Positions 1 through 8,977 of a stretch of DNA of 64,000 bases are shown here, one piece after another; within the stretch, counting starts at the first letter, position 1, and each line of letters opens with the position of its first letter. Below the pieces are notes generated by a model. That model was not told the origin of the DNA, did no database searches, and saw nothing but the letters and a program-made list of their open reading frames with translations. The position numbers and the translations under genes were made by a program. This DNA is from a virus, in the IMG/VR virus record IMGVR_UViG_3300031772_000013, positions 1 to 64,000 of that record; one strand, 5' to 3'.

Positions 1-95
1 TCCAGGTACGCCTCCGCATCCGCTCTGCGGCGAGCAAATGAGGCCGCATCAGGAACATAGTCGTCCGGGGCGGCACGCCAGAGAGTGAGCTTCAT
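1..95 (-). CDS. hypothetical protein, runs off the window (MKLTLWRAAPDDY...)
   Basis: ATG at 95 preceded by GGAGG within the repeated junction element; frame open to the edge. Confidence 0.6.
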   Translation of the reverse strand, partial: MKLTLWRAAPDDYVPDAASFARRRADAEAYL

Positions 96-138
96 AGGTG
101 AGCGGGCCTCCAAAAGACTGCCGTGCATCCGTGCTTCA

Positions 139-333
139 TCATCGCTCTCCAGATAGTTGAGCTTCACTCCAACACGCCGGGCAGCCGTCGTGGTGACGGT
201 GCAGAGGCTCGCCCTGCGGACACTCAGCCATCGCGCAACCGGCGCAATATTCCCTGTCACAGCGAGGCGTACACGGCTTGTCAGTCTCGGGATTCATGCC
301 GTGCAGCGACCAGATCAATTCGTTGCCGTTCAT
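139..333 (-). CDS. small Cys/His-rich hypothetical protein
   Basis: ATG at 333 with AGGAG; CxxxC/CxxC/HH motifs. Confidence 0.7.
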   Translation of the reverse strand: MNGNELIWSLHGMNPETDKPCTPRCDREYCAGCAMAECPQGEPLHRHHDGCPACWSEAQLSGER

Positions 334-403
334 AGGTGTTCGCTCCTTCCAAGAAACAGAAGTCCCGTGTCCCGCTCTATCGGGTCTGCCGTGCATCCGT
401 GCT

Positions 404-676
404 TCATTGCCGAGCCTCAGTCTGTGGAGCCATCGGGACGACCCAGCCGCTCGATGTATCGGGCCATGCATCGAGACGCTGGATTTGTTCCGCAGCCCAT
501 TCAGCGGTACTCAATACCTCCACGGAATCCGTCTCTGCATCGAGCAGAAAAAATGCTGTTCCGGGGTGCCCGATTACCGGCCGCGACTCGATGCGAGCCA
601 AGTTTACGTGGGTCAGGGTTTCGAGAAACCGGCACAAGGAACCGGGACGGTCGTGTAGCTCTACTAGAAGAATCAT
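404..676 (-). CDS. stand-alone ACT-domain protein (PheA/aromatic hydroxylase-type ACT)
   Basis: LHDRPGSL...VNLARIESRP signature; ATG at 676 with GGAGG. Confidence 0.7.
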   Translation of the reverse strand: MILLVELHDRPGSLCRFLETLTHVNLARIESRPVIGHPGTAFFLLDAETDSVEVLSTAEWAAEQIQRLDAWPDTSSGWVVPMAPQTEARQ

Positions 677-716
677 AGGTGTTCGGGCCTCCAAATGTTT
701 GGGGTGCATCCGTGCT

Positions 717-959
717 TCATCGTGACACCTTAATTCTGGTAGACGTGATTTTCTGCGGGTCGTTCTCGATTTCGATCTTCCACTTCTTCGCGAAGCGCTC
801 GGCACCCTTGCGGTCGGTCTGGCGCGTGCGGATGGACGGATACCGGAGACGGCTTCCCGGGTAGTAGTGATCGAAGGTCCAGCTCAGGAAGTAGTAGCCG
901 CCCCAGTCGGGGACGAACTTGACGTGGTGTCCGCGGCTGCTTGGGTTGTGCCGACTCAT
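717..959 (-). CDS. hypothetical protein
   Basis: overlap-coupled to upstream ORF; stop codon lies in the junction repeat. Confidence 0.7.
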   Translation of the reverse strand: MSRHNPSSRGHHVKFVPDWGGYYFLSWTFDHYYPGSRLRYPSIRTRQTDRKGAERFAKKWKIEIENDPQKITSTRIKVSR

Positions 960-1270
960 GAGCCGTCTCCGCCTTCACGATGGCGGCTGAGCCGCTCCAT
1001 GAACGCCTGGTCCTGCTCGGTGCGCTTCGCCTTCTTCTCTTCGGCGTACTCCTTGATCCCAGCGAGGAGTCTGTCCTCCGTGAGCTTTTCATTGACCCAG
1101 CCGTCCAATAGGTAGAGCGTCTTGCTCAACAGGTAGTCGAACACGAGGTTCATGCCGTAGTTCACGCGGTCACGCTCGGCGTCGCGGCCCGCCGCCCACC
1201 CGTTCTTGTAACCGATGTAAAGCGCAACGGGGATCGCGGCAAACCAGTACCAGTACAAGTAGTTCATCAT
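956..1270 (-). CDS. hypothetical membrane-anchored protein
   Basis: N-terminal aromatic/hydrophobic stretch; overlaps neighbours. Confidence 0.65.
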   Translation of the reverse strand: MMNYLYWYWFAAIPVALYIGYKNGWAAGRDAERDRVNYGMNLVFDYLLSKTLYLLDGWVNEKLTEDRLLAGIKEYAEEKKAKRTEQDQAFMERLSRHREGGDGS

Positions 1271-1506
1271 GTGTTCTTATTTCTGTCCGTCTCTCTGGCG
1301 GCACGAATGATCCTGGCTCGAAGCGTCTCCCCGGCGCGACGACCAGTGAACTCCGTCCCGTCTGGCAGGCGAAACACGGGCATCATGATCTCGCGCTTCT
1401 CGCGTCTGGCCTCTCCGATCCTCGAATCGCGCACGAGCACCTCCATCTCCGATTCTTCGAAGGCAACCTGCATCTGGACAGTGATCCACGGGGTTCGGCG
1501 CTTCAC
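1267..1506 (-). CDS. hypothetical protein
   Basis: coupled ORF in a minus-strand operon. Confidence 0.6.
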   Translation of the reverse strand: MKRRTPWITVQMQVAFEESEMEVLVRDSRIGEARREKREIMMPVFRLPDGTEFTGRRAGETLRARIIRAARETDRNKNT

Positions 1507-2360
1507 TTCGCGCTCCTCCCAGAGATGAGCAGCTCGCCCACGTTCCCGCGCTTGCCGCCCTTCGAGTTCACGCGGCGAGGCGCCTGGACTGACTCGACCA
1601 GAAACCCACTGTAGAGTTCGCGCACGAGCGGCGTGTCGGCGTTCGACAGCAGCACGTGCACGCCCCTGGCGTCGAGCGTCATCGCCAGGTCACGGAGACG
1701 GATCTGATCGATCTCGCCGAAGCCACCAGCGGTGTAGCCGGTGAAGTTCGCGGTCTCCGAGACGGGGACGTACGGCGAGTCGAAATAGACCGCGTCGCCT
1801 CGCTTCGCGCCGCTCGCCGAGACCTCGAAGTCGCAAGTGTTGAGGCTCGCGCACTCGAACGCCCGCGCGCACGCGCGGATGTTCTCCTCCACAAACAGCG
1901 TCGCGCTCTCGCGCTTGCCCCACGGCGTGTTGAACTTGCCAGACTTGTTCACGCGGTAGAGCCCGTTGAAACACGTCTTGTTCAGGTAGATGGTGCGGGC
2001 CGCTCGGTACACTCGCGTGTGTTTCTCGGAATCGTCCGCTCGAATGCGAGCGAACTCCTCCTCGGTCACGCGAAGGGTCCGCAGCAGATCCATGAGTCGT
2101 TCGGGCGCCGTCTGGATCACATCGTAGACGTTCACTAGCTCCGCGTTCGCATCTGAGAGCATCGCGTGATCAAACCTCTCCTCCGCCGCGAGCGCGAAAA
2201 AGACGGCGCCGCCGCCGACGAACGGCTCGTAGTACGTCTTGATCTTCGCAGGGAGGCGCGGAAGGATTTCGGGGAGGAGGACGGTTTTCCCTCCGACCCA
2301 CTTGAGCGAGGGCTTGGCGACCGACACGTCCGCCAGGGCGCGCGCCTCTTTCTTCGGCAT
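1503..2360 (-). CDS. dam: Dam-family (D12) DNA adenine methyltransferase
   Basis: LKWVGGK, YYEPFVGGGAV, YLNKTCFNGLYRVN, YFDSPY, LLSN motifs. Confidence 0.92.
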   Translation of the reverse strand: MPKKEARALADVSVAKPSLKWVGGKTVLLPEILPRLPAKIKTYYEPFVGGGAVFFALAAEERFDHAMLSDANAELVNVYDVIQTAPERLMDLLRTLRVTEEEFARIRADDSEKHTRVYRAARTIYLNKTCFNGLYRVNKSGKFNTPWGKRESATLFVEENIRACARAFECASLNTCDFEVSASGAKRGDAVYFDSPYVPVSETANFTGYTAGGFGEIDQIRLRDLAMTLDARGVHVLLSNADTPLVRELYSGFLVESVQAPRRVNSKGGKRGNVGELLISGRSAK

Positions 2361-2746
2361 CAGTTTCTCCTCGCGTTCTCGGTTCGCATCGTCTTCGCTT
2401 TTTCCATGATGGGCTGCCCCTTCTTCTTTGCGAATTGGGAGAGCCTTTCCCCGAAGAGTGCGAATACCTGGGCCAGCTCGGTATCCCCAGACTCGACGTA
2501 CTTCTTACTGATCCGTGCGACCTTCGTCGCGACGTCGAGGATACCCATCACCTCCCCGATGGTCCGTTGGGTTTCGAGGAGGGGATCTACCCGCTCTCTG
2601 ATCTCCTGCATCACCTCTACGCCAGCCGTGCCCATCCGGTGGCTCACGAGGTCGAGGAGAGCTTCGGCGAACGCCTCGCCCCCTTCTCCCATGAGCGTGG
2701 ACTCGATCTGGAGGATGAGCCGCGCGTGTTCGACCGTGATCGCCAT
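2360..2746 (-). CDS. hypothetical protein
   Basis: ATG at 2746, TGATG-coupled. Confidence 0.6.
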   Translation of the reverse strand: MAITVEHARLILQIESTLMGEGGEAFAEALLDLVSHRMGTAGVEVMQEIRERVDPLLETQRTIGEVMGILDVATKVARISKKYVESGDTELAQVFALFGERLSQFAKKKGQPIMEKAKTMRTENARRN

Positions 2747-2928
2747 CAGCCCCTCACCCCGGTGCGCGCCACGTCGCTCGGCCGCTGGTGGCACCCGCAC
2801 CGCATGCAACCGATCGGCGAGCACACCGAATGGGAATCTTCGTGGTGCCCGCAGTGCCGGCAGTAGTGCGGAGGCTTCTCGCCGATACCGAGCCAGCGGT
2901 AGAGATACCAGGCGAAAAATTCCTTCAT
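2746..2928 (-). CDS. small Cys/His-rich protein
   Basis: CxxCGHxxxxH...CxxCxC; ATG at 2928. Confidence 0.55.
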   Translation of the reverse strand: MKEFFAWYLYRWLGIGEKPPHYCRHCGHHEDSHSVCSPIGCMRCGCHQRPSDVARTGVRG

Positions 2929-3275
2929 TGCGCCCCCTTCGGCACCGGCCGCTCCGCCGGCACAAGTTTTTCGAGCGGGTCGCCAAGCCCCGCCTTGACC
3001 GCCTCCTTCGAGTAGCGCACCGCCTCGGCGAGATACGGGAGTGCCTCGGTCACGGCCTTCTCGTCGTGCGGCTTGAAGACGGAGTGCGCGCACGCGAGTT
3101 GCTGAACGGCCATGTAGCGAAGACTGGGTTTCTTGTCGCTCTCCTGGCCCGGCCGGTACTCGCGCCAGATCGCGGAGCGGATCTTCGGCGGGAGCGCGAA
3201 CCAGTGCGCGCGACACATGAGCATGTGCGGCGGGACGAGCTTGGTGCAGCCGGGGGCGTGGCAGGTGTGACTCAC
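2925..3275 (-). CDS. phage hypothetical protein (HTC..GC...LMC..HW type)
   Basis: GTG start overlapping upstream stop; Cys/His motif. Confidence 0.65.
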   Translation of the reverse strand: MSHTCHAPGCTKLVPPHMLMCRAHWFALPPKIRSAIWREYRPGQESDKKPSLRYMAVQQLACAHSVFKPHDEKAVTEALPYLAEAVRYSKEAVKAGLGDPLEKLVPAERPVPKGAQ

Positions 3276-3529
3276 GTCTTCTCCCGCGTCATCTTCCACA
3301 CGCCGTTCGGCGCTCGATCGAACAGCCGAGCGATCTCGTTGATGCCTTTGCCCTCCTCCATGAGCCACAGGTAGACGGCACGCCTGGCGGCGACGATCGA
3401 TGGCGCGCGGTCCGGGCCTTCGTAGAGCTCTCGGAGCGTGACATGGAGCGCGAGCGAGCGCGCCTCGACGCCTTTGAACAGGCCGACGGCGCCGAGTCGC
3501 GTGACGAACTTCCGGTAGGATCGTTTCAC
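3272..3529 (-). CDS. DnaA C-terminal-like HTH DNA-binding protein
   Basis: IVAARRAVYLWL...INEIARLFDR resembles DnaA domain IV. Confidence 0.55.
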   Translation of the reverse strand: MKRSYRKFVTRLGAVGLFKGVEARSLALHVTLRELYEGPDRAPSIVAARRAVYLWLMEEGKGINEIARLFDRAPNGVWKMTREKT

Positions 3530-4243
3530 GGTAACTCTCCGGTCTTTCCGGTGATGTAGGATTGCATCTCGAGGAGATCATCACCCCAGTCCCCGCCGCA
3601 CCCCGGAGCCGCGAAGGTCTGAAGCCCCATGTCGATCTGACGCAGCAGCCGCGCGACACGGTCTTCAGGGCAGCCGTCCAGCGTCCACTTGTTCACCGAA
3701 CGGATGATGACGTTGAGCTTCTTGCGCCCTTCGTTCCACCAGCCGATGGGCGAGGTCTCTGGCCACTCGTCGAAGTACGTGTCGGTCACCGCAGCACCAG
3801 GATCAACCCGCAGACCGCGAGCGGGACGAGCAAACCGATCACGAGCGCCACGTTCCCTTTGCCGTTCCTGTCGTCTACGTGTCCCACGACCGTGAACAAA
3901 AGCGCGACGTACACGAGCAGCGCTGCGGTGAGCAGCAGCGCTACACCCAAGCGCTTGTGGTCAAACTGATCGTCTTCTCGGCAGTAGCGATGCCCGTCAA
4001 CCAGGACGCAGTCGCGGGCCGGCACCTGGATCGGGATCGGTATGAGGATTGGTTCGTTCATAACCTGTCCCTGTTCCAGTCTGCGATGTCAGCACTTCGC
4101 TGCGCCGCCGCGCTGTTCTCTGAGGCGTCTGCGATTCGGCGCAGTTGATTTGCGCAATCTCGAACGGCGGCGCTGTCGACGAAAGACCGCGTCGCGAACA
4201 ACACCGCCATCATCGCGACGGAGAGCCAGTCGATGATCGTCAC
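3526..4243 (-). CDS. three small coupled hypothetical ORFs (3526-3789, 3786-4061, 4058-4243); the last two are hydrophobic
   Basis: 4-bp overlaps; TM-like segments. Confidence 0.55.
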
Positions 4244-4737
4244 GGTGCCCCCGGTTTGAGCCGCTGCGCGACGCGCAACAAAATCAAGTACCCGAGCAGA
4301 TCGAGAATCACGTCCTCGCCCGCAGCGCTACCTCGCGCGAGACGCGACAACTTATCGTCGATACGAACGCGGATCTGTTCCTCCGGATCGGCCTTCGACA
4401 TGATACGGAGCGGCTCCAGCGCCGAGTTCCCGTACGCTAAGTTCTTGGCGTGCAGAAGATCCCGCAGCGCGTAGCACTCCTCGGCGATGAGGCCCGGGAC
4501 GCCGACGCCGAAGTCGCGATCGATCGCAGGCTCGCCTCGACCAGCCAACACGGCGGCCAGCACACGCCACGCTCGGTCGCCGCCGCGGGTCAGGTAGCCG
4601 ACCAGTCGGCTCTCAACCTCCCAGCAGTCGTTGCAGCGCCCGGTGCCCACCGTGGGCGTGGATTCGCCGCACGTCTCGCAAGGAACCCATCGCCTCTCGC
4701 CCTCCGGGGCGTCGACTGGGGCCGGAAAAGTGTTCAT
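4240..4737 (-). CDS. DUF1599/Nmad1-like nucleotide-modification-associated protein
   Basis: KNLAYGNSA...VRIDDKLSR...DLLGYL; start uncertain. Confidence 0.7.
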   Translation of the reverse strand: MNTFPAPVDAPEGERRWVPCETCGESTPTVGTGRCNDCWEVESRLVGYLTRGGDRAWRVLAAVLAGRGEPAIDRDFGVGVPGLIAEECYALRDLLHAKNLAYGNSALEPLRIMSKADPEEQIRVRIDDKLSRLARGSAAGEDVILDLLGYLILLRVAQRLKPGAP

Positions 4738-4807
4738 GGCGAGTGGGACGGGATAAGATCGCCGTCTATTCACCCTTCGTACACCTTTCGTTATCCGCCC
4801 GCAACAC

Positions 4808-4836
4808 TTGACGGCCACCGAGAAGGCGCGGACACT
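4808..4836 (+). promoter_or_regulatory. putative sigma70-type promoter
   Basis: TTGACG-17 bp-GACACT at the strand switch upstream of 4848. Confidence 0.45.
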
Positions 4837-4847
4837 CTCCTCACAAG

Positions 4848-5249
4848 ATGATCGACCCCCCGCAGCGACGTCGCGTCGTGGCGGCTCCTGCCCGGAAACC
4901 GCCGGCGGAGCTGCACTCCGTCCGCGTGATCTTCGAGCCCGACCAGGACGCGAACACTTCGTACCTGAAGCACGAAGGACTCGAGGAGCGCCTGGCCGAG
5001 TACAAGAAGGGTGCGTTCAGTTTCGTGTGCGTGCGCGCCGAGGCCGAGGTGCTCATCGAAGAGATCCCGCAGACGCTCACGAGCGGCGGCATGCCGGGCA
5101 TCGAGAGCGACTCCGAGGACGAGTACCTCGACGAGATCATCGACGGGGAGTGGAAGGCGCTTCGCGCCGTACTCAAGACGGTAGGCGTTTCGACGGAACA
5201 GTTACCGCTCGGCTTTGATCGAGCATGGATCGAATGGAGAACAGAATGA
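4848..5249 (+). CDS. hypothetical acidic protein
   Basis: first ORF of a plus-strand operon. Confidence 0.75.
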   Translation: MIDPPQRRRVVAAPARKPPAELHSVRVIFEPDQDANTSYLKHEGLEERLAEYKKGAFSFVCVRAEAEVLIEEIPQTLTSGGMPGIESDSEDEYLDEIIDGEWKALRAVLKTVGVSTEQLPLGFDRAWIEWRTE

Positions 5250-5644
5250 TTCGTTCATATGGGCCGGGTAAGTTCATCAAGGTCATCGACAGCTACGCCT
5301 ACAAGGTGACGCTCGACGACGGTGCCGACCGCGAGGAGAGCTACGATGAAGGCGGCGGCTGGTACGGCTTCATCGATGTCGATCCAGCTACTCGCAATCG
5401 GATTCGTGAGATCGCCAAGGAGGAAGGCGACACGCTCACGGCTCACGAGGAGGATCTGCTCGACTACACCGTGGCGATCATCCTCTTCGAGCGGTCGGAC
5501 GGCATCGTCGAGGTCGACTGGTACGACGAGCGTCGTGGCAGTTCGGCCGCAGACGACGCCGAGGCGGCGTGGGAGGAGATCGAGGAGTTGTTCGCGGACG
5601 AAGAAGAAGAAGAAGAAGATGAAGACGACGAAGGAGACGAGTAG
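5246..5644 (+). CDS. highly acidic hypothetical protein
   Basis: ATGA overlap; poly-E/D tail. Confidence 0.75.
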   Translation: MIRSYGPGKFIKVIDSYAYKVTLDDGADREESYDEGGGWYGFIDVDPATRNRIREIAKEEGDTLTAHEEDLLDYTVAIILFERSDGIVEVDWYDERRGSSAADDAEAAWEEIEELFADEEEEEEDEDDEGDE

Positions 5645-5919
5645 TGGCCCGCCCCGCAACACACCCCGACGTCGAGTACGCAGTCAATGACGCGAGCGGC
5701 AAAGAGCGCACCTTCAAGACCTTCGACGAGGCCGCTGGCTTCGCGCTCAGCATGGCCGTCTCACGCGGCGAAACCGATCTCGACGTGCTCATCTGGAGCG
5801 AAGAGGGCGCCGAGTGGTACGGCGGCGACGACGCCGTCGAGCAGTACAACGAGGACCCCGAAGCTAGCGTCTTCGAGCGGTTCGAGATCAGCGTCAACGC
5901 AGTAGGAAGGGTTTCATAA
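5644..5919 (+). CDS. acidic hypothetical protein
   Basis: coupled ORF. Confidence 0.75.
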   Translation: MARPATHPDVEYAVNDASGKERTFKTFDEAAGFALSMAVSRGETDLDVLIWSEEGAEWYGGDDAVEQYNEDPEASVFERFEISVNAVGRVS

Positions 5920-6962
5920 TGGCAACAAGAAGAGTGATGAGTCGCAAACAACCGAGCCTCCCCGGCTTCCCGGACGTCCCCGACCGGATCGAGGTCCGAA
6001 TCCCGACGATGCCCTGGACGCAGATCGGCGGGGACATGGATCCCGGCGCGTCCGGCGGCACGATCGCGACGGCCGACGGGGATCATATCGAGCTGCTCAA
6101 GATCATGCCGGTGCGCGAGTACGTCGGCGACAAGGAAGCGGCCGACGTCGGCTTCCCGTTCTGGACGAAGGAGGCGTGGTTCGATCTCGCTGACCTCGAC
6201 CCGAAGAACGAGGACGTGAAGAGCGCGCTCCGGTCCTCCGGTTTCGATAGCGGCGATCAGAAGTTTCAGTTCGAGGAGGAAATGACGCCGGAACAGCGCG
6301 CGCTCGTCATCGCCGAGGCCCTCCTCGACTACGGCCGCGGAGACGAAGGCCCCTCGGGCTGGTCCGAAGACCTTCCCGACCACGAGGTGAAATGGTGGAG
6401 CGACAAGGTCGCAACCCTCCCCGACTACGTCGCCGACGAGGACGAGGTGTTCCGCGACGATGTGCTTGGATACAGCGACATCCGAGAGAACCTCGAGAAG
6501 ATGGTCGAGCAGATGGCCGATCAGAGCTCCGCGCAAGCATGGAGCACCGTCGGCGACGGGGCCGCGGGCGACGCCGAAGAGGCTGGCTACGATCCGGAAA
6601 CGCTTGTCGGTGTCGCCGAGTTCGGTGACGCCGTAGGCGTCAACGGCGACGTCGAGACCGAGAAGACGCTCAAAGGCGTCGAGGACGATCTCGAAAAGGA
6701 AGGCTACGAGATGACCGAAGCCGGCGGCAGCGTGCCGTCCGACGAGGCGACGGTCGACCCCAATAGCGCCATCCGAGCGGTTGCGAGCGAGATGGACATC
6801 GAGGAAGACACGGTCGAGGAAGCCGCTCAGGGGATCGATTGGTGGCCGAAGGGCAAGAACAACGAGATCACCAGCTCGACGAGCGGATGGGCTTCGATCT
6901 GGGGTAAGAAGATGGCAGGCGGGACCGAAGAACGACGAACAAACGCACGAAGGAGAAACTGA
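5919..6962 (+). CDS. acidic hypothetical protein with basic termini
   Basis: 347-aa ORF, D/E-rich core. Confidence 0.8.
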   Translation: MATRRVMSRKQPSLPGFPDVPDRIEVRIPTMPWTQIGGDMDPGASGGTIATADGDHIELLKIMPVREYVGDKEAADVGFPFWTKEAWFDLADLDPKNEDVKSALRSSGFDSGDQKFQFEEEMTPEQRALVIAEALLDYGRGDEGPSGWSEDLPDHEVKWWSDKVATLPDYVADEDEVFRDDVLGYSDIRENLEKMVEQMADQSSAQAWSTVGDGAAGDAEEAGYDPETLVGVAEFGDAVGVNGDVETEKTLKGVEDDLEKEGYEMTEAGGSVPSDEATVDPNSAIRAVASEMDIEEDTVEEAAQGIDWWPKGKNNEITSSTSGWASIWGKKMAGGTEERRTNARRRN

Positions 6963-6964
6963 AG

Positions 6965-7336
6965 ATGACTACGAGAGCAGGGTCGCACATGCAAGACGCT
7001 TGGCACTACTTCGACTCGGTGCTCGGTGGCGGGACGTTTAGCCGAGAGGGCCAATCCTTGAAGGGGCGCGTGGAGCTCTACGAGAGTGGACGCAGGCGTG
7101 CATTCGAAGCCCTGGAAGCCAGCTCGCTCGGTTCCGAAGATGACGAGGTCTACGACGAAATCGACAGTCTCCTGAGCATCGACGAAATCGAGGACGAGGC
7201 CCATCTCAAGCAAGCGTCGAAACGCGGGCGCGCTCTCGTCGAGAAGCTCGGGCGCGCTCTGAACATCGACGCTAGGAGCGGCGAGACGCCGGAAGTTTTT
7301 GAGACACCACGAACAAACGCACGAAGGAGAAACTGA
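6965..7336 (+). CDS. hypothetical protein flanked by 33-bp direct repeats
   Basis: AGGAG RBS; identical repeats at 6935-6967 and 7309-7341. Confidence 0.75.
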   Translation: MTTRAGSHMQDAWHYFDSVLGGGTFSREGQSLKGRVELYESGRRRAFEALEASSLGSEDDEVYDEIDSLLSIDEIEDEAHLKQASKRGRALVEKLGRALNIDARSGETPEVFETPRTNARRRN

Positions 7337-7338
7337 AG

Positions 7339-7824
7339 ATGGCGACCAGCAAAATGCACGCAAGACGACAGAGCGCCCCCAAGGGGCGAGGCGGCAGTTC
7401 AGGCGGGGCGAACCCCAGGAACGACGGCAGGATCAGCGAGGAGCAGCACGACGACGCGATGCGCGTGCTCCGCGCGGAGTATTACCAGGGCGTCCGGAGC
7501 CTCGCCCAGCAGGTCATCGAGCACATCGCGGAGGGCATGGACGAAGGCGACGCGCTTCACCAGGAGGTCGACAGCTCGTACTGGGTCATCTACACGCATG
7601 CGAACTTCCAGGTTCTCATGTGCTCGGATCACCACAACGCCTACTCGGAAGAGTACGGCGAGGCGCCGGTCGATGGATCGGACATCAACTGGGCCGGGCT
7701 CGCGTTCGCGGCGCTATCGCGTGATGTGAGCGATCAGATCGGTGCGGAGAGAAGCACGGTCGACGAGGCACGACGGCGCCCCATGCAGCGGCCCGGATCG
7801 CGCGCGACGCGCAGGGGCCGGTAA
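7339..7824 (+). CDS. acidic-core protein, possibly Ocr-like DNA mimic
   Basis: DALHQEVDSSYWVIYT loosely resembles the Ocr core; Arg-rich ends. Confidence 0.45.
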   Translation: MATSKMHARRQSAPKGRGGSSGGANPRNDGRISEEQHDDAMRVLRAEYYQGVRSLAQQVIEHIAEGMDEGDALHQEVDSSYWVIYTHANFQVLMCSDHHNAYSEEYGEAPVDGSDINWAGLAFAALSRDVSDQIGAERSTVDEARRRPMQRPGSRATRRGR

Positions 7825-7829
7825 GTAAG

Positions 7830-8963
7830 GTGGCCAACGTAGACGACACCGTAACCGCCGAATGGACGTGGGGCGGACACCGATTCAGCGCACACGGTGT
7901 CGTCACGAAGGTCAGCGGCAAGACAACCAAGGTCCGACTCACCGAACATGCCGGCGAACACTTCGCCCCGGGAGTCGTCGTGACGGTGCCGACAGAGAAC
8001 GTACGCAAGAAGGAAAAGACGATGGCAAAAACTCCACTGCATGGCCGACAGGCCCCCCGGCCGCGCATGAACGCGGGCCGCCACATCGCTCCCGGCTACC
8101 CGGCGGAAAGGTTCCGCATCGGCCAGGACGTGGCGATGATCTCGAACCCCGGTCTGTTGGGGCACGTCGTGGGTTTCGATCCAGACGGATCGGTGATGGT
8201 ACAGTGGAGCGGCGGTCGAACAGTAACAGGAGTCGATCCGAGGAATCTCCGCGTCCAAGGTCGGGGTTACGCGGGGCGACGCGCTTCCGAGGCACCCAAG
8301 ATGAGCGGCGCCCAGCAGTGGCAAGATCGGATCCTTCGCAACGCGGACGACTACGCTGCGGGGCGTATCTCCTGGGACGTCTGGTCCGCGCGACAGAGCG
8401 AGATGTGGGAAAAGATCCGAACCAAGGGGCGGCGCCTGGTCAGCCAAGTTCTGAACTTGCAGTTCGAGACCGGATACAACTACTCACCACCTTATCCGGG
8501 CTCCGGCGTGAGCGAGGCGCGGCGCTCCAGCTCAGCGCGACCCTTGCCGGGGCGCCACCACTCGCGTGAGAGCAGCACTCCCTCGAAGCGCGACATCGAC
8601 GAGATGTTCGACGCCTACGTCGAAACGGCGCTGTGGTCTTCGACCGCCGAAGACGACACGCCGCTCGATCTCCTCGACGCCGAGGTCGCCGCCTCGGCGC
8701 TAGACAAGATGAGCAAGGACGTCGAGAGCTTCGCGCGCGAGAACGCGCACCTCATCGAATCGGCCGACGTGGCTACGCACCAGTACGGTCGCTGGGGGCG
8801 TGCGGGGCACGACTTCTGGCTCACGCGGAGCGGCCACGGCGCAGGGTTCTGGGACGGAGACTGGGAGCCGGAGGCAACAGCAGAGCGGCTCACCGACGCA
8901 GCCCATGCGTACGGCGAGACGTACCTGTACGTGGGCGACGACGGCATGATCTACTCGGACTGA
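7830..8963 (+). CDS. modular phage protein; C-terminal GHDFWLTRxGHGAGFWD domain
   Basis: several modules separated by basic linkers; internal RBS+ATG at 8022. Confidence 0.8.
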   Translation: MANVDDTVTAEWTWGGHRFSAHGVVTKVSGKTTKVRLTEHAGEHFAPGVVVTVPTENVRKKEKTMAKTPLHGRQAPRPRMNAGRHIAPGYPAERFRIGQDVAMISNPGLLGHVVGFDPDGSVMVQWSGGRTVTGVDPRNLRVQGRGYAGRRASEAPKMSGAQQWQDRILRNADDYAAGRISWDVWSARQSEMWEKIRTKGRRLVSQVLNLQFETGYNYSPPYPGSGVSEARRSSSARPLPGRHHSRESSTPSKRDIDEMFDAYVETALWSSTAEDDTPLDLLDAEVAASALDKMSKDVESFARENAHLIESADVATHQYGRWGRAGHDFWLTRSGHGAGFWDGDWEPEATAERLTDAAHAYGETYLYVGDDGMIYSD

Positions 8964-8977
8964 ACAGGAGAACCACG

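Larger units (their letters stand above)
93..720 (-). repeat. three copies of an intergenic junction element ATGAAGCACGGATGCAC...GGAG..CACCTATG
   Basis: 17-bp core identical at 123-139, 391-407 and 704-720; CACCTATG start boxes at 93-100, 331-338 and 674-681. Confidence 0.9.

Noticed and set aside
93-720. CRISPR array or integron attC array
   Set aside because: Spacing is irregular (268 and 313 bp) and spacers are whole ORFs; no cas operon; no RYYYAAC/GTTRRRY attC ends or integron integrase seen.
6935-7336. C-terminal RRRN as a protein sorting signal
   Set aside because: It is the translation of the overlapping RBS AGGAGAAACTGA; RRN also ends unrelated ORF 2360.
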